From: Patescibacteria group bacterium
Lineage (GTDB): Bacteria; Patescibacteriota; Patescibacteriia; 2-01-FULL-39-33
Assembly (NCBI GenBank): GCA_041662745.1
Contig: JBAZRV010000004.1
Coordinates: forward strand, 60,001 to 92,000
Direction: 5' to 3'
DNA length: 32,000 bases
Of the stretch, positions 8,674-18,500 are shown piece after piece (position 1 is the first letter of the stretch; each line of letters opens with the position of its first letter). The translations under genes were made by a program, and so were the position numbers. Below the pieces are notes generated by a model. That model was not told the origin of the DNA. It saw only the letters and a program-made list of their open reading frames with translations, and did not search any database.

Positions 8674-9150
8674 ATGAACCTAAACAAAGCCATTATCATT
8701 GGCAATCTCACCGCCAATCCCGAAGTCAAAAAAACCGCTTCGGGCCAAACCATTGCCAATTTCTCCATCGCCACCAACCGCGTCTGGACCAACCAGCAAG
8801 GCGTCAAACAAGAGCAAGCTGAATTTCATTCTATTGTCGCTTTCGGGCGTCTGGCTGAAATCGTCGGCCAATACCTGGCCAAAGGCCGCTTATGCATGGT
8901 AGAGGGTCGCATCCAAACCCGCAACTGGGTGGATACCAACAACGTCAAGCATTGGAAAACGGAGATTGTCGCCGAAAACATCCAGCTGGGACCGCGCAGC
9001 GCCGCTTCCGCTAACGGCAGTTACAACCAAGAGAGACCCGGCAATTCCGGCTATGACGCCGCTCCGGCTTACGAGGTTGAACAAGTAACCGCCGCTCCCG
9101 TTGCCAACGACAATGAAGAAGAAATAAAAGTTGAAGACATTCCCTTCTAA
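8674..9150 (+). CDS. ssb: Single-stranded DNA-binding protein
   Basis: MNLNKAIIIGNLTANPEVKKTASGQTIANFSIATNRVW..., acidic tail ending in EDIPF. Confidence 0.96.
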   Translation: MNLNKAIIIGNLTANPEVKKTASGQTIANFSIATNRVWTNQQGVKQEQAEFHSIVAFGRLAEIVGQYLAKGRLCMVEGRIQTRNWVDTNNVKHWKTEIVAENIQLGPRSAASANGSYNQERPGNSGYDAAPAYEVEQVTAAPVANDNEEEIKVEDIPF

Positions 9151-9241
9151 ATAAAAACAGACAAAAATTCTAAAATCCTTAAAGCTGAGGCCGTCATGAT
9201 GCTATGAATCTTGGGCTTCGGACTTTACAGGTTATAACACT

Positions 9242-9484
9242 ATGATCCAAAATAAAAAAACCACCGGCGCCGCAACGCCGCAGAAGCGCTATTGCCATTT
9301 TTGCGTCCACAACGTCCGCGACATTGATTACAAAAACATCAATTTGTTGCGCCGTTTCATCTCTTCTTATTCCAAAATCGTACCGCGCAAAAGAAGCGGT
9401 GTCTGCGCTTTCCATCAACGCAAGTTGGCTAACGCCATCAAACGCGCCAGAATCATGGCCTTGTTGCCATTTGTTACAAAATAA
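9242..9484 (+). CDS. rpsR: Small ribosomal subunit protein bS18, Cys-containing form
   Basis: KRYCHFCVHNVRDIDYKNINLLRRFISSYSKIVPRKRSGVCAFHQRKLANAIKRARIMALLPF. Confidence 0.95.
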   Translation: MIQNKKTTGAATPQKRYCHFCVHNVRDIDYKNINLLRRFISSYSKIVPRKRSGVCAFHQRKLANAIKRARIMALLPFVTK

Positions 9485-9535
9485 GTTAATTAGTTATTAG
9501 TTAGTAGTTTAACTATCAACTAACAACTAAAAACT
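9485..9535 (+). repeat. Heptamer-period repeat block related to the one at 8563-8670
   Basis: AGTTAGTAGTT (9499-9509) and AACTATCAACTAACAACTA (9511-9529) recur almost exactly from 8585-8595 and 8630-8648. Confidence 0.85.
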
Positions 9536-9550
9536 ATCTACTGAACCCCT

Positions 9551-10120
9551 ATGTCAATTTCCACCTTAAACGATATTAAAAAAGGCGTGAGCGTTATTTA
9601 TAATGGCGAGCCCTATGTCGTCGTTGAAGCCAATTTCGTCAGAATGCAACAACGCAAACCGGTCATGCAAACCAAACTGCGCAACCTGCTTAACGGCAAG
9701 GTAGCCGAATACAGTTTCCATCAGGGCGAACGAGTTGATGAAGCCGATATGACCAGAAAAAAAGTAGATTATTTGTATAACGACGGCACCAGCTATTACT
9801 TCATGTCACAGGACGATTTTGAACAATTCGCCTTGTCCGGGGACAGCCTGAGCGATAAAATCGGCTATTTGAAAGAGGGCGACAAAGTAGACGCCCTGTA
9901 CTGGAACAACAATCCCGTGTCCGTTTCCCTGCCGCCCAAAGTTGAGTTCAAGGTTATTTCCGCTCCGGAAGGCGTCAAAGGCAACTCGGCTCAAGGCCGC
10001 GTCACCAAAACCGCCGAAATAGAAACCGGCCTCTCCGTCCAAGTCCCCTTATTCGTCAAAGAAGGCGACATAATCAGAATCAGCACCGATACCGGCGAAT
10101 ACGTGGAGCGAGTCAACTAA
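9551..10120 (+). CDS. efp: Elongation factor P with a non-canonical tip loop
   Basis: STLNDIKKGVSVIYNGEPYVVVEANF...TKLRNLLNGKVAEYSFHQGERVDEADM...YLYNDGTSYYFMSQDDFEQ; 189 aa. Confidence 0.95.
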   Translation: MSISTLNDIKKGVSVIYNGEPYVVVEANFVRMQQRKPVMQTKLRNLLNGKVAEYSFHQGERVDEADMTRKKVDYLYNDGTSYYFMSQDDFEQFALSGDSLSDKIGYLKEGDKVDALYWNNNPVSVSLPPKVEFKVISAPEGVKGNSAQGRVTKTAEIETGLSVQVPLFVKEGDIIRISTDTGEYVERVN

Positions 10121-10143
10121 TTTAAAAATACTTAAAAAAACAA

Positions 10144-10170
10144 CCCCGAGATAATCGGGGCTGTTTTTTT
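10144..10170. terminator. Terminator between convergent efp and recA
   Basis: CCCCGA-GATAA-TCGGGG then CTGTTTTTTT. Confidence 0.88.
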
Positions 10171-10176
10171 ATAACT

Positions 10177-11265
10177 TCATTCTTTCATCGCCGGTTCGTC
10201 TTCATAGCCGTCGTTACCGGCCGGCGGCGGGGCAATACCCGCCTGCTCAGCTTCCCTGAGCTTTTTCACTTCTTCCAAAATCTGCTTCCTGATTATGGCT
10301 ATCAGCTTGGGATTGGCCTTAAGATAAGCCTTGGCATTCTCACGGCCCGTGCCCAGCTTCTCTTCACCGAAAGTATAAGTATTGCCGGCTTTGCTGACGA
10401 CACCCTTCTCCAGACCGACATCCAGCAGATCTCCGGAAACGGAAATGCCTTCGTTATACATAATATCAAATTCACAAGTCTGAAAGGGCGCGGCCACCTT
10501 ATTCTTAACCACCTTGACCTTGACGCGATTGCCGATATTCCTATCGCCTTGTTTGATTTGCGCGGCGCGGCGGACTTCAATGCGGACCGAAGAATAGAAC
10601 TTCAAAGCGGTACCGCCGGTAGTAGTCTCGGGATTGCCGAAAAACACGCCGATCTTCATGCGAGTCTGGTTGATGAAAATCAATACGGCTTTGGACTTGG
10701 AAATAGCGCCGGTCAGCTTCCTTAGCGCTTGGCTCATCAAACGCGCCTGCAAGCCCATATGCGAATCGCCCATGTCGCCCTCTATTTCCGCCTTAGGCAC
10801 CAAAGCCGCCACCGAATCCACCACCACCACATCAACGGCATTGGAACGAATCAGCGTCTCTACTATCTCTAAAGCCTGTTCGCCGGTATCGGGCTGGGAA
10901 ATAAACAACTCATCAACCTTCACGCCGATCTTTCTGGCATAATCAGGGTCCAAGGCATGCTCGGCGTCCACGAAGGCGGCTACACCGCCTAATTTCTGCA
11001 CCTCAGCCACGATGTGCTGGGCCAAGGTTGTCTTACCTGAGGCCTCCGGCCCGAACACCTCGACAATCCTGCCTCGAGGCACTCCGCCCACGCCCAAAGC
11101 GATGTCCAAGGACAAGGCGCCGGTAGATACGGCATCAACTTCCATGGCTCGGGCTTCCCCGAACTTCATAATCGCTCCGTCGCCAAAACGATCTTTAATC
11201 TGGCTAATTGCCGATTCTACGGCCTTAAACTTCTCATTCCCCTCCTCATTGGTCTTTTTAGGCAT
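10177..11265 (-). CDS. recA: Recombinase RecA
   Basis: [55 protein letters not shown]. Confidence 0.99.
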   Translation of the reverse strand: MPKKTNEEGNEKFKAVESAISQIKDRFGDGAIMKFGEARAMEVDAVSTGALSLDIALGVGGVPRGRIVEVFGPEASGKTTLAQHIVAEVQKLGGVAAFVDAEHALDPDYARKIGVKVDELFISQPDTGEQALEIVETLIRSNAVDVVVVDSVAALVPKAEIEGDMGDSHMGLQARLMSQALRKLTGAISKSKAVLIFINQTRMKIGVFFGNPETTTGGTALKFYSSVRIEVRRAAQIKQGDRNIGNRVKVKVVKNKVAAPFQTCEFDIMYNEGISVSGDLLDVGLEKGVVSKAGNTYTFGEEKLGTGRENAKAYLKANPKLIAIIRKQILEEVKKLREAEQAGIAPPPAGNDGYEDEPAMKE

Positions 11266-11276
11266 AAATATAAAAA

Positions 11277-11912
11277 TTACTGGTTAATCTCGTTAAATAG
11301 CACGCGGATAGTCGCTTCCGATTGGCGGCTGTAACGCTTCTTCGCAGTTATTTTAATCAAATTCAAACCCTTTTGCAAGTCAACGGTAGTGGAAAAATTA
11401 CCTCCCGTATCCACGAACACCGCCTTATTGTTAATGACGATTTCCGCCTCGCGCGAAGACGTGCCCGCTACCTCCAATTGGCGATTGACCGTTATTAATC
11501 CGTCAGTCGGACGCGAAACGATTAATTGCGGCGGCCGAAAAATTTCATTGACGCGCCAAAGCAAAAAAGCCGACAGCGCAACGATGCCTATGATAACCAC
11601 TGCCCGGGAAATGAAATTGGACCAAACAAACAAATTTTTATTTTTCAACGATTTGTAAGATACGGTTTGCAACTTATCGGCGGCTTCCTGGCATAAGGGA
11701 TGATCCAAACCCAAATAATCGCAATAGGTTTTGAGAAACTTGGGCAAGTAGTCTTTACCCGGCAATAACCAGGGCTGATTGTGCTCTAGCGCCTCCAGAT
11801 ATTTGGTGGCGATCCTGGTTTCTCCCGACGCCTTAAGCAAACTCACGCCCCTTTTCAGGCGCGCTTCTTTCAAATTCTCTCCCAAATTTTCAATCAGGTT
11901 TTCTTCCGACAT
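11277..11912 (-). CDS. RodZ-like protein: N-terminal HTH, single TM, extracytoplasmic beta-rich domain
   Basis: [61 protein letters not shown] is typical of the HTH_25/RodZ N-terminus; [18 protein letters not shown]; C-terminal [28 protein letters not shown]. Confidence 0.78.
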   Translation of the reverse strand: MSEENLIENLGENLKEARLKRGVSLLKASGETRIATKYLEALEHNQPWLLPGKDYLPKFLKTYCDYLGLDHPLCQEAADKLQTVSYKSLKNKNLFVWSNFISRAVVIIGIVALSAFLLWRVNEIFRPPQLIVSRPTDGLITVNRQLEVAGTSSREAEIVINNKAVFVDTGGNFSTTVDLQKGLNLIKITAKKRYSRQSEATIRVLFNEINQ

Positions 11913-12005
11913 AAAATAACCGCTTATAAAGCCAAAAACCTGCCGGCCGGCAGGCAAGCCCGTAATGTCTTTAGACCTTACGGACCTTCAACTTCTAATT
12001 TAAAA

Positions 12006-14822
12006 CTAAGCCCATTCATCATCATCAAAATAGTTCTTTGACGATTTTTCTGATGGTTTTTTATTTTTAATCTCTTCTGATTCCTCTGCTGTTTCTTCGG
12101 ATTCTTCCGGCATTTCCTCTGCCTCCTCTGCCGCCTCTGCTGTCGCCTCCGTCTCTTCCGAAACTTCCTCCGGAATTTCTACCGTTTCTTCCTCCGGAAA
12201 AATCTCCTCCGATTCGGCTGCCGTTATTCCTTTTTCTTTATTCTTTTTCGGCTTATCCTCCTGCGGCGCCGACTCAAATTCTTCCACCTCCGCGAATTTG
12301 GCTGCGGGCAATTCCTCCTCTTTTTCACCTCGCTCTTCCTGAGCAGAATAATTGTCTTCCGGCTCGTTTAGATCTTTCTCCACAAAAGACGGGATATCTT
12401 CTTCGGCTGAGTCCGCTATTTCCTCATCAGTTTCAAGCAACTCATCACTGTCATCCTCCGGCGGACGGAAGGCGGTAAAACCGGGTTCATCTTCGGCTTC
12501 AGCAGAATCCTCTTCAATGAAGGGATTATCATCTAACGGCCTTAATTCTCCAGTCAAGCCATGTTCGCGCGCGGCAAATTCCACCGGATCGGCTCCGCCC
12601 AGTTTATCCAAAAATACCTCTCGGGGCTTAGCGCCGTCAGCCGGACCGATCACGCCCCTCTCCTCCAACAGATCAAGAATCCTGGCTGCTCGAGCATAGC
12701 CTAATTTAAGGCGACGTTGCAACAACGAAGCCGAAGCCTTGCCGTTCTGCTTGATTACTTCTACCGCTTCGCCCAAAAGCGGTTCATCGTCGCTAGCAAA
12801 ACCGTTGTTGCCGCCGTTACTGCCGAAACTGCCGCCGGTTGCAGCCAAGCCCTCAACATAATCAGCCGAGCCCTGTTTCTTGATGTAACCGACCACATCA
12901 TTAATTTCATGATCGGACAAAAAGACGCCCTGGATGCGCTTGGCTTTGGCGAATTCCGCTCCCAAATACAGCATATCGCCGCGACCCACTAATTTTTCCG
13001 CTCCGGTACCGTCAAGGATGGTGCGCGAATCAATGGAAGAAGCGACGGCAAAAGAAATGCGCGTCGGAATATTAGCCTTAATCAAACCAGTAATAACCTC
13101 GGTAGACGGTCGTTGCGTGGCCAAAACCAAATGAATGCCCACGGCGCGGGCCATTTGCGCCAATCTCACAATGCCCGCCTCCATATCGTTGGGATTAGAG
13201 GCCATTAAATCAGCCAACTCATCAATAATGACTACGATGTAAGGCATCTTCTCGGCGTGTGTTTGGTTATAAGAAGCGATATTGCGGTTGCCGAATTTGG
13301 CCAAAAGCTCAAAACGCCTTTCCATTTCCGTAATCAGCCACTTTAAAGCGCTGACGGTTTTCTTAACGTCAGTTACAACCGGAGTAAGCAGATAAGGGAT
13401 ATTATTATACACCGGCATTTCTACGCGCTTGGGATCAATCAGAATAAATTTCAATTCATCAGGACTGTTCTGATACATCAGGGAGACGATAATGGAATTA
13501 ACGCAGACGGATTTGCCGCTGCCGGTCTGGCCGGCGATAAGCAAATGAGGCATGCGAGCCAAATCGGCGAATACCGGTTTGCCGGACACGTCCTTGCCCA
13601 AAGCCAAAAATAAATTATTACTCCGCTCCTTGAACTCCTTGCTGGCCAGCACCTCGCCCATAGTCACCTTGGCCGCAGTCTGGTTGGGTATTTCTATGCC
13701 CACCAAGGCCTTGCCGGGGATGGGCGCCTCAATGCGGATCGGATGGGCGGCCAACGCTAAAGCCAAATCGGCGTTAAGAGTAGTCAGGCGCGCCAGTTTA
13801 ATGCCGGCGGCCGGCCGCATAGTGTATTGGGTAACGGTCGGGCCAACGTTAACCTCGCCCATTTCCACAGCTACCCCGAAATTAGCCAACGTGCGCTTAA
13901 TAATCTCCTGGTTAGCCTTAATGTCGCCGGAGGTGGGCTTGCCTGACTTGGCGGATAGCAAACTCAGGGGCAAATCCAACCGGCCGAATTTACGGCGCTT
14001 GGCTTCCGGCGTAAATTCATCCTTAAGGCCGGAATCGGTCAATGGCTTATTGGTGAAATTAGGATTATCATCATCAATCGGCCCGGCCGCTTCATCCTCA
14101 TCTACGTCTTCCTGCTCAACCGATTCATCCATTGATTCTTCCTCATAATCTTCTTCGGCCGCCAAATTGGCCAGCTTGCGCTCGTTACGCTTAAGCCGAT
14201 AATAAAAATACCAATCCTTCAGTTTAGCGAAGATAAACTTAAATAATTTTAGCGGCCACATCAAACCGTAAAAGGAGGTTTCTAACGCCAATAAAATACC
14301 AACCAGTAATAAGGCGACCAAGACGACCAAAGCGCCCCAAAAACTCATCAGGCGCACCAAAGGCAAGGCGACAAGGGCGCCAAGATAACCGCCCCCCTGT
14401 CCCAACTTGGCCATCTCCAACGCCTGCCAAGAATCGTACTGCAAATGAAATAAACCGCACAAGCTGACAATCAAAAATAAGGCGCCCAAATAATTAATAA
14501 AACTAATAGGATACTTTTCCTCATAAAGCAAGAAAAAAATCAAAGCGGCCAAAAGCGCCGGTATCAGCCATTTAGCGCCGCCAAAGACTATGGACAGAAC
14601 ATAAGCCACCACCTGGCCTATCTGGCCGGATAAATCAAATAAACCCAAAATAGCCAGGGCGGCAAAAACAAACAGGAAAATAATGAATATCCCCTTTTTG
14701 GTTTCCGGCGACAAACTGCGCCAATAATCAAGAAAATTAAAACGTGGCGCCGCATAACGGCCACGGTTGGATCCTCCGCGATTCCAGAAAGCGCGGTTTT
14801 TTTTATGGTAGTGACGAGGCAT
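12006..14822 (-). CDS. ftsK: DNA translocase FtsK/SpoIIIE with a long acidic C-terminal tail
   Basis: N-terminal TM helices; PHLLIAGQTGSGKSVCVNSIIVSLMYQNSPDELKFILIDPKRVEM; IVIIDELADLM; gamma winged helix ASASLLQRRLKLGYARAARILDLLEERGVIGPADGAKPREV. Confidence 0.96.
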   Translation of the reverse strand: MPRHYHKKNRAFWNRGGSNRGRYAAPRFNFLDYWRSLSPETKKGIFIIFLFVFAALAILGLFDLSGQIGQVVAYVLSIVFGGAKWLIPALLAALIFFLLYEEKYPISFINYLGALFLIVSLCGLFHLQYDSWQALEMAKLGQGGGYLGALVALPLVRLMSFWGALVVLVALLLVGILLALETSFYGLMWPLKLFKFIFAKLKDWYFYYRLKRNERKLANLAAEEDYEEESMDESVEQEDVDEDEAAGPIDDDNPNFTNKPLTDSGLKDEFTPEAKRRKFGRLDLPLSLLSAKSGKPTSGDIKANQEIIKRTLANFGVAVEMGEVNVGPTVTQYTMRPAAGIKLARLTTLNADLALALAAHPIRIEAPIPGKALVGIEIPNQTAAKVTMGEVLASKEFKERSNNLFLALGKDVSGKPVFADLARMPHLLIAGQTGSGKSVCVNSIIVSLMYQNSPDELKFILIDPKRVEMPVYNNIPYLLTPVVTDVKKTVSALKWLITEMERRFELLAKFGNRNIASYNQTHAEKMPYIVVIIDELADLMASNPNDMEAGIVRLAQMARAVGIHLVLATQRPSTEVITGLIKANIPTRISFAVASSIDSRTILDGTGAEKLVGRGDMLYLGAEFAKAKRIQGVFLSDHEINDVVGYIKKQGSADYVEGLAATGGSFGSNGGNNGFASDDEPLLGEAVEVIKQNGKASASLLQRRLKLGYARAARILDLLEERGVIGPADGAKPREVFLDKLGGADPVEFAAREHGLTGELRPLDDNPFIEEDSAEAEDEPGFTAFRPPEDDSDELLETDEEIADSAEEDIPSFVEKDLNEPEDNYSAQEERGEKEEELPAAKFAEVEEFESAPQEDKPKKNKEKGITAAESEEIFPEEETVEIPEEVSEETEATAEAAEEAEEMPEESEETAEESEEIKNKKPSEKSSKNYFDDDEWA

Positions 14823-14866
14823 GAAAATAGGGACGTTTCTTTTACTGGATTATACCATAAAAAGCG

Positions 14867-14896
14867 AAAAGACGCCAAGAAATCTTGGCGTCTTTT
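14867..14896. terminator. Perfect-stem intrinsic terminator between the MerR-like locus and ftsK
   Basis: AAAAGACGCCAAGA-AA-TCTTGGCGTCTTTT (14-bp perfect stem). Confidence 0.88.
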
Positions 14897-14928
14897 ACGG
14901 CCGGTCAAACGCTTTACTGGTGCAGAGG

Positions 14929-15042
14929 TTAAAGCGCCCAAACCGCCAATATCAAAAGAGGCACGACAAGCCAAATTAAATCAATCAGGGCCTTTCTCGG
15001 ATCCTTGCGTTTCTGGTAAATTTCAATGCTTAGGAAGGTCAT
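14929..15042 (-). CDS. Possible 37-aa single-TM miniprotein
   Basis: MTFLSIEIYQKRKDPRKALIDLIWLVVPLLILAVWAL just downstream of the MerR-like gene and upstream of a terminator; no clear SD. Confidence 0.3.
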   Translation of the reverse strand: MTFLSIEIYQKRKDPRKALIDLIWLVVPLLILAVWAL

Positions 15043-15044
15043 AA

Positions 15045-15290
15045 TCAACGGCGAAAATACTTTTTTATTTCCCTGATGGTCAGACGGCGAGAGGCCTGCA
15101 ATCGCTGGATTTCCTTCAGGCGTTTTAAGGCCCATGACCGGTCATACAGACGGTAACCGCCCGGCGATTGATCGGCGAATTTAAGCAACCCTTCCCGCGT
15201 ATAGTAATGGATGGTGGAGGGCAAAACTCTGGCCGCTTGGGCCAATTCTCCGATTTTTAACAACTCAGCCAACCGGCCGCTCTTGTCCAT
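15045..15290 (-). CDS. Small MerR-type HTH regulator (DNA-binding domain only)
   Basis: LLKIGELAQAARVLPSTIHYYTREGLLKFADQSPGGYRLYDRSWALKRLKEIQRLQASRRLTIREIKKYF; 81 aa. Confidence 0.8.
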   Translation of the reverse strand: MDKSGRLAELLKIGELAQAARVLPSTIHYYTREGLLKFADQSPGGYRLYDRSWALKRLKEIQRLQASRRLTIREIKKYFRR

Positions 15291-15370
15291 AATTATAGCT
15301 CCCCGCTGTCGCCGTTTCCGCCGTATTCAAACGTGGCGATCCAGCTTGACAGCCGAGAGTAACACTAACC

Positions 15371-15408
15371 ATAAAGTATGAAGTATGAAGTAATAAGGTA
15401 TACTTTAT
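15371..15408. repeat. Heptamer repeats enclosed by a perfect inverted repeat
   Basis: AAGTATG-AAGTATG-AAGTAAT-AAGGTAT (15374-15401) flanked by ATAAAGTAT (15371-15379)/ATACTTTAT (15400-15408). Confidence 0.75.
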
Positions 15409-15502
15409 AGTTGTTATATTACAATAGTTTTTACCGCTTGGCAAGAGACAGTTATCCACAGGACGAATAATTTATGTTTTAAACGACAAATAATGAATGA
15501 TA

Positions 15503-15537
15503 AAAAAACCGCTCCCCCCGAAGGAGAGCGATTTTTA
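15503..15537 (-). terminator. Terminator of rpoBC
   Basis: Minus strand CGCTCTCC-TTCG-GGGGGAGCG followed by GTTTTTTT, about 20 bp past the rpoC stop. Confidence 0.85.
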
Positions 15538-15556
15538 TAATAAATTTAATCTGAAC

Positions 15557-18500
15557 CTATAGTTTGCCGTAGACAAAGCCGGTGCCGGCCGGAATCTTGC
15601 GGCCGATGATAATGTTTTCTTTCGGTCCGGTCAAATCGTCGGTTTTGCCGGTAATGGCGGCATTAATTAACACTTTGGCTGTTTCCTGGAAAGAAGCGGA
15701 GGCCAGCCAAGAGCGAGTGGACAAGGAAACCTTAGTAATGCCCAGAAGCAGCTGTTCGTATTGAGCCAAATTTTTCTTTTGTTTCTTCAGTTCGCTATTG
15801 GCGTTAGCGACATCCACGTATTCCACCACTTCGCCCGGCATAAAGTCGGAATCGCCGGAATCAAGGACATAAACTTTGGAGAACATCTGACGTACGATCA
15901 CTTCAACATGCTTGTCGTTTATTTTCTGGCCTTGGCTGGAATAAATATGCTGGATTTCTTTCATGATATATTTCTTGGTGAAATCAGCTTCCTTCAATTT
16001 ATGCAATTGATGCAAATCAAGCGGCCCCTCGGTCAACTGATCGCCGGCTTCAACTTTGGAATTATCCTTGACCATGATAGACTTAACCGAAGCCACCAAA
16101 TATTCTTTAACCCCCAACTCATTGCCCAACAAAATCAAGGAACGCCCGTCAATCTTAACCGTGCCGGCAAACGGCGCAAAATATTTATTCTCGCCGTTCT
16201 CATACAAAACCTGGCCGTCTTTGACTTCATCGCCGTCCTTAACCTGAAGAACGACTTTCTTGCCTTTGGGTATGTTGATTTTCTTTTCTTTATCCTGATC
16301 AAAGGAGATTTCCAGAATTCTCTCTTTGCCCGAAGTCTTGATAACGGGCTGGCCGTCCTCGCCGATGATTTCGCGTTGGCGCGGTTCTTTGATGCGTACG
16401 ATGCCGGAAACGTCAGCGATAATCGCCTTATTTTTCGGCGTGCGAGCCTCAAAGATTTCTTCCACGCGCGGCAAACCTTGCGTGATATCGCTTTCCGAAG
16501 CCACACCGCCGGTATGGAAAGTTCTCATGGTCAGCTGAGTTCCGGGTTCACCCACGGATTCAGCGGCGATAACGCCTACGGCCACGCCCAGCTCTACCGG
16601 TTTATTATAAGCCAAATCGTAACCATAACATTTGGAGCAGACGCCGCGGACATTCTTACAAGTCATAACCGAACGATAGGTCGCCTCTTCAATCTCCGCC
16701 GAACCGATTTTGGCCGCCACTTCTTCGGTAACCATTTCCCCGGCCTTAGCTACGACTTTTTTGCCGGCGATCAAATCTTTGACCAAATAGCGTCCCAACA
16801 AGCGGTTAGCCAGCTTGTCGCCCATCACCTCGGACTCGGCCTTAGTTACGGTCAAACCGGAAGTATCATGGCAATCTTCGTTGTTAATGACTATATCTTG
16901 CGCCACATCCACCAAGCGGCGAGTCAAATAACCGGCTGAGGAAGTACGCAAAGCCGTATCGGACAAGCCTTTTCTGGCGCCATGGCTGGAAATAAAGAAT
17001 TCCAAAACATTAAAACCGCGTTTAAAATTATTTTTGACCGGCAGCTCAATAACTTCATAATTAGGATTGACCACCGGGCCCTTCATGCCGATCATCTGCG
17101 ATAATTGTCCCCAGGAACCGCGGGCGCCCGAATCAATCATGGATAAAATAGAATTGCCTTCGGTCATGCAATGTTTGACCTTCTCCAAAATCTGAGTATT
17201 AATGCGCAACCAATTCTCCACAATCTTTTCGTGGCGCTCATCCTCAGTCAAAAGGCCCATCATATACTGACCGTCAATCACATCAACTTCTTTATCTCCT
17301 TGCGCCACCAATTCGTCGCGTCCCTCCACATTAACCAAATCGGCAATACCGAAAGATTGGGCGGACAAAGTCAAATATTTGAAACCGGTGTCCTTCATGG
17401 CATCTAAAGTCTTGACAGTCGCCTCGGGACCGAATTGATAAAGCACATCGGCTAAGATCTTGGACAGATCCTTCTTGCCCACGCGCTTATTGATGAAATC
17501 AAACTCTGTCGGCAAAACCGAATTGAAAATAATGCGTCCGACGGAAGTCTCCAATAATTCTTTCTTGGAACGTTTGTCGGCTTTCCTGGTATATAAAACT
17601 TTAATCTTTGACTGCAAAGAAATAATCTTTTTATCAACGGCCAGAATCGCCTCATCCAAGGAAGAGAAGGCCCGAACCGGCTGACTTTCATCCAGCGTGG
17701 TCAGATAATAACAACCCCAAACAATATCCTGGTTAGGCGTAACGATCGGCTGGCCGCTGGCCGGCTTCAACAAGTTCTTGGAAGCCAGCATTCTTTCGGA
17801 CGCTTCTTTGTTGGCATCCTCGGAAAGCGGCACATGGACGGCCATTTGATCGCCGTCAAAATCAGCGTTGAAGGCGGCGCAAACCAAGGGATGGATTTGA
17901 ATGGCCAAGCCCTCAATCAAGATTGGCTTAAACGCCTGAATACCCAAACGATGCAAAGTCGGAGCGCGATTCAATAAAACATGGGCGCCCTTGACCACCT
18001 CCTCCAGAATATCCCAAACCTCATCATGTTTGGCATCAATATAGCGATTGGCGCTTCTGATATTATGCACAACGCCGCGCTCAATCAGTTTGGAAATAAT
18101 AAACGGCTTAAACAATTCCAAAGCCATAATCTTGGGAATACCGCACTGGTCCAAATGCAGCTTGGGACCGACGACGATAACCGAACGGCCGGAATAATCG
18201 ATGCGTTTGCCCAGCAAGTTCTGACGGAAACGGCCCTGCTTTCCTTTCAGGATATCAGCCAACGATTTAAGCATGCGTTTCTGGCCGGTAGAAGCCACCA
18301 CGGTCTTGCCATGGCGGGCGTTGTTATCAATCAAGGAATCAACCGCTTCCTGCAACATGCGCTTCTCGTTTCTGGTAATAACCTCGGGAGCATTAAGCTC
18401 CTGCAACTGTTTCAAGCGATTGTTGCGGTTAATGACGCGGCGATACAAATCATTCAGATCGGAAGTGGCGAAACGTCCGCCGTCAAGCGGCACCATCGGA

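Noticed and set aside
8563-9535. Heptamer repeat blocks interpreted as a CRISPR or mobile element
   Set aside because: Units are 7 bp and degenerate, no regular spacers, no cas genes, no transposase; better described as short tandem repeats.
13552-14148. 198-aa plus-strand ORF, plus 12352-12699
   Set aside because: Antisense to ftsK; low-complexity Ser-rich translation is the mirror of its acidic/repetitive coding sequence.
14618-14974. 118-aa minus-strand ORF overlapping the ftsK N-terminus
   Set aside because: Crosses the intrinsic terminator at 14867-14896 and overlaps ftsK in another frame.
15761-16939. 392-aa plus-strand ORF and other long plus-strand ORFs at 17981-18778 and 18273-18752
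   Set aside because: Antisense to the unambiguous rpoC reading frame; typical shadow ORFs caused by codon bias, no recognisable domain.
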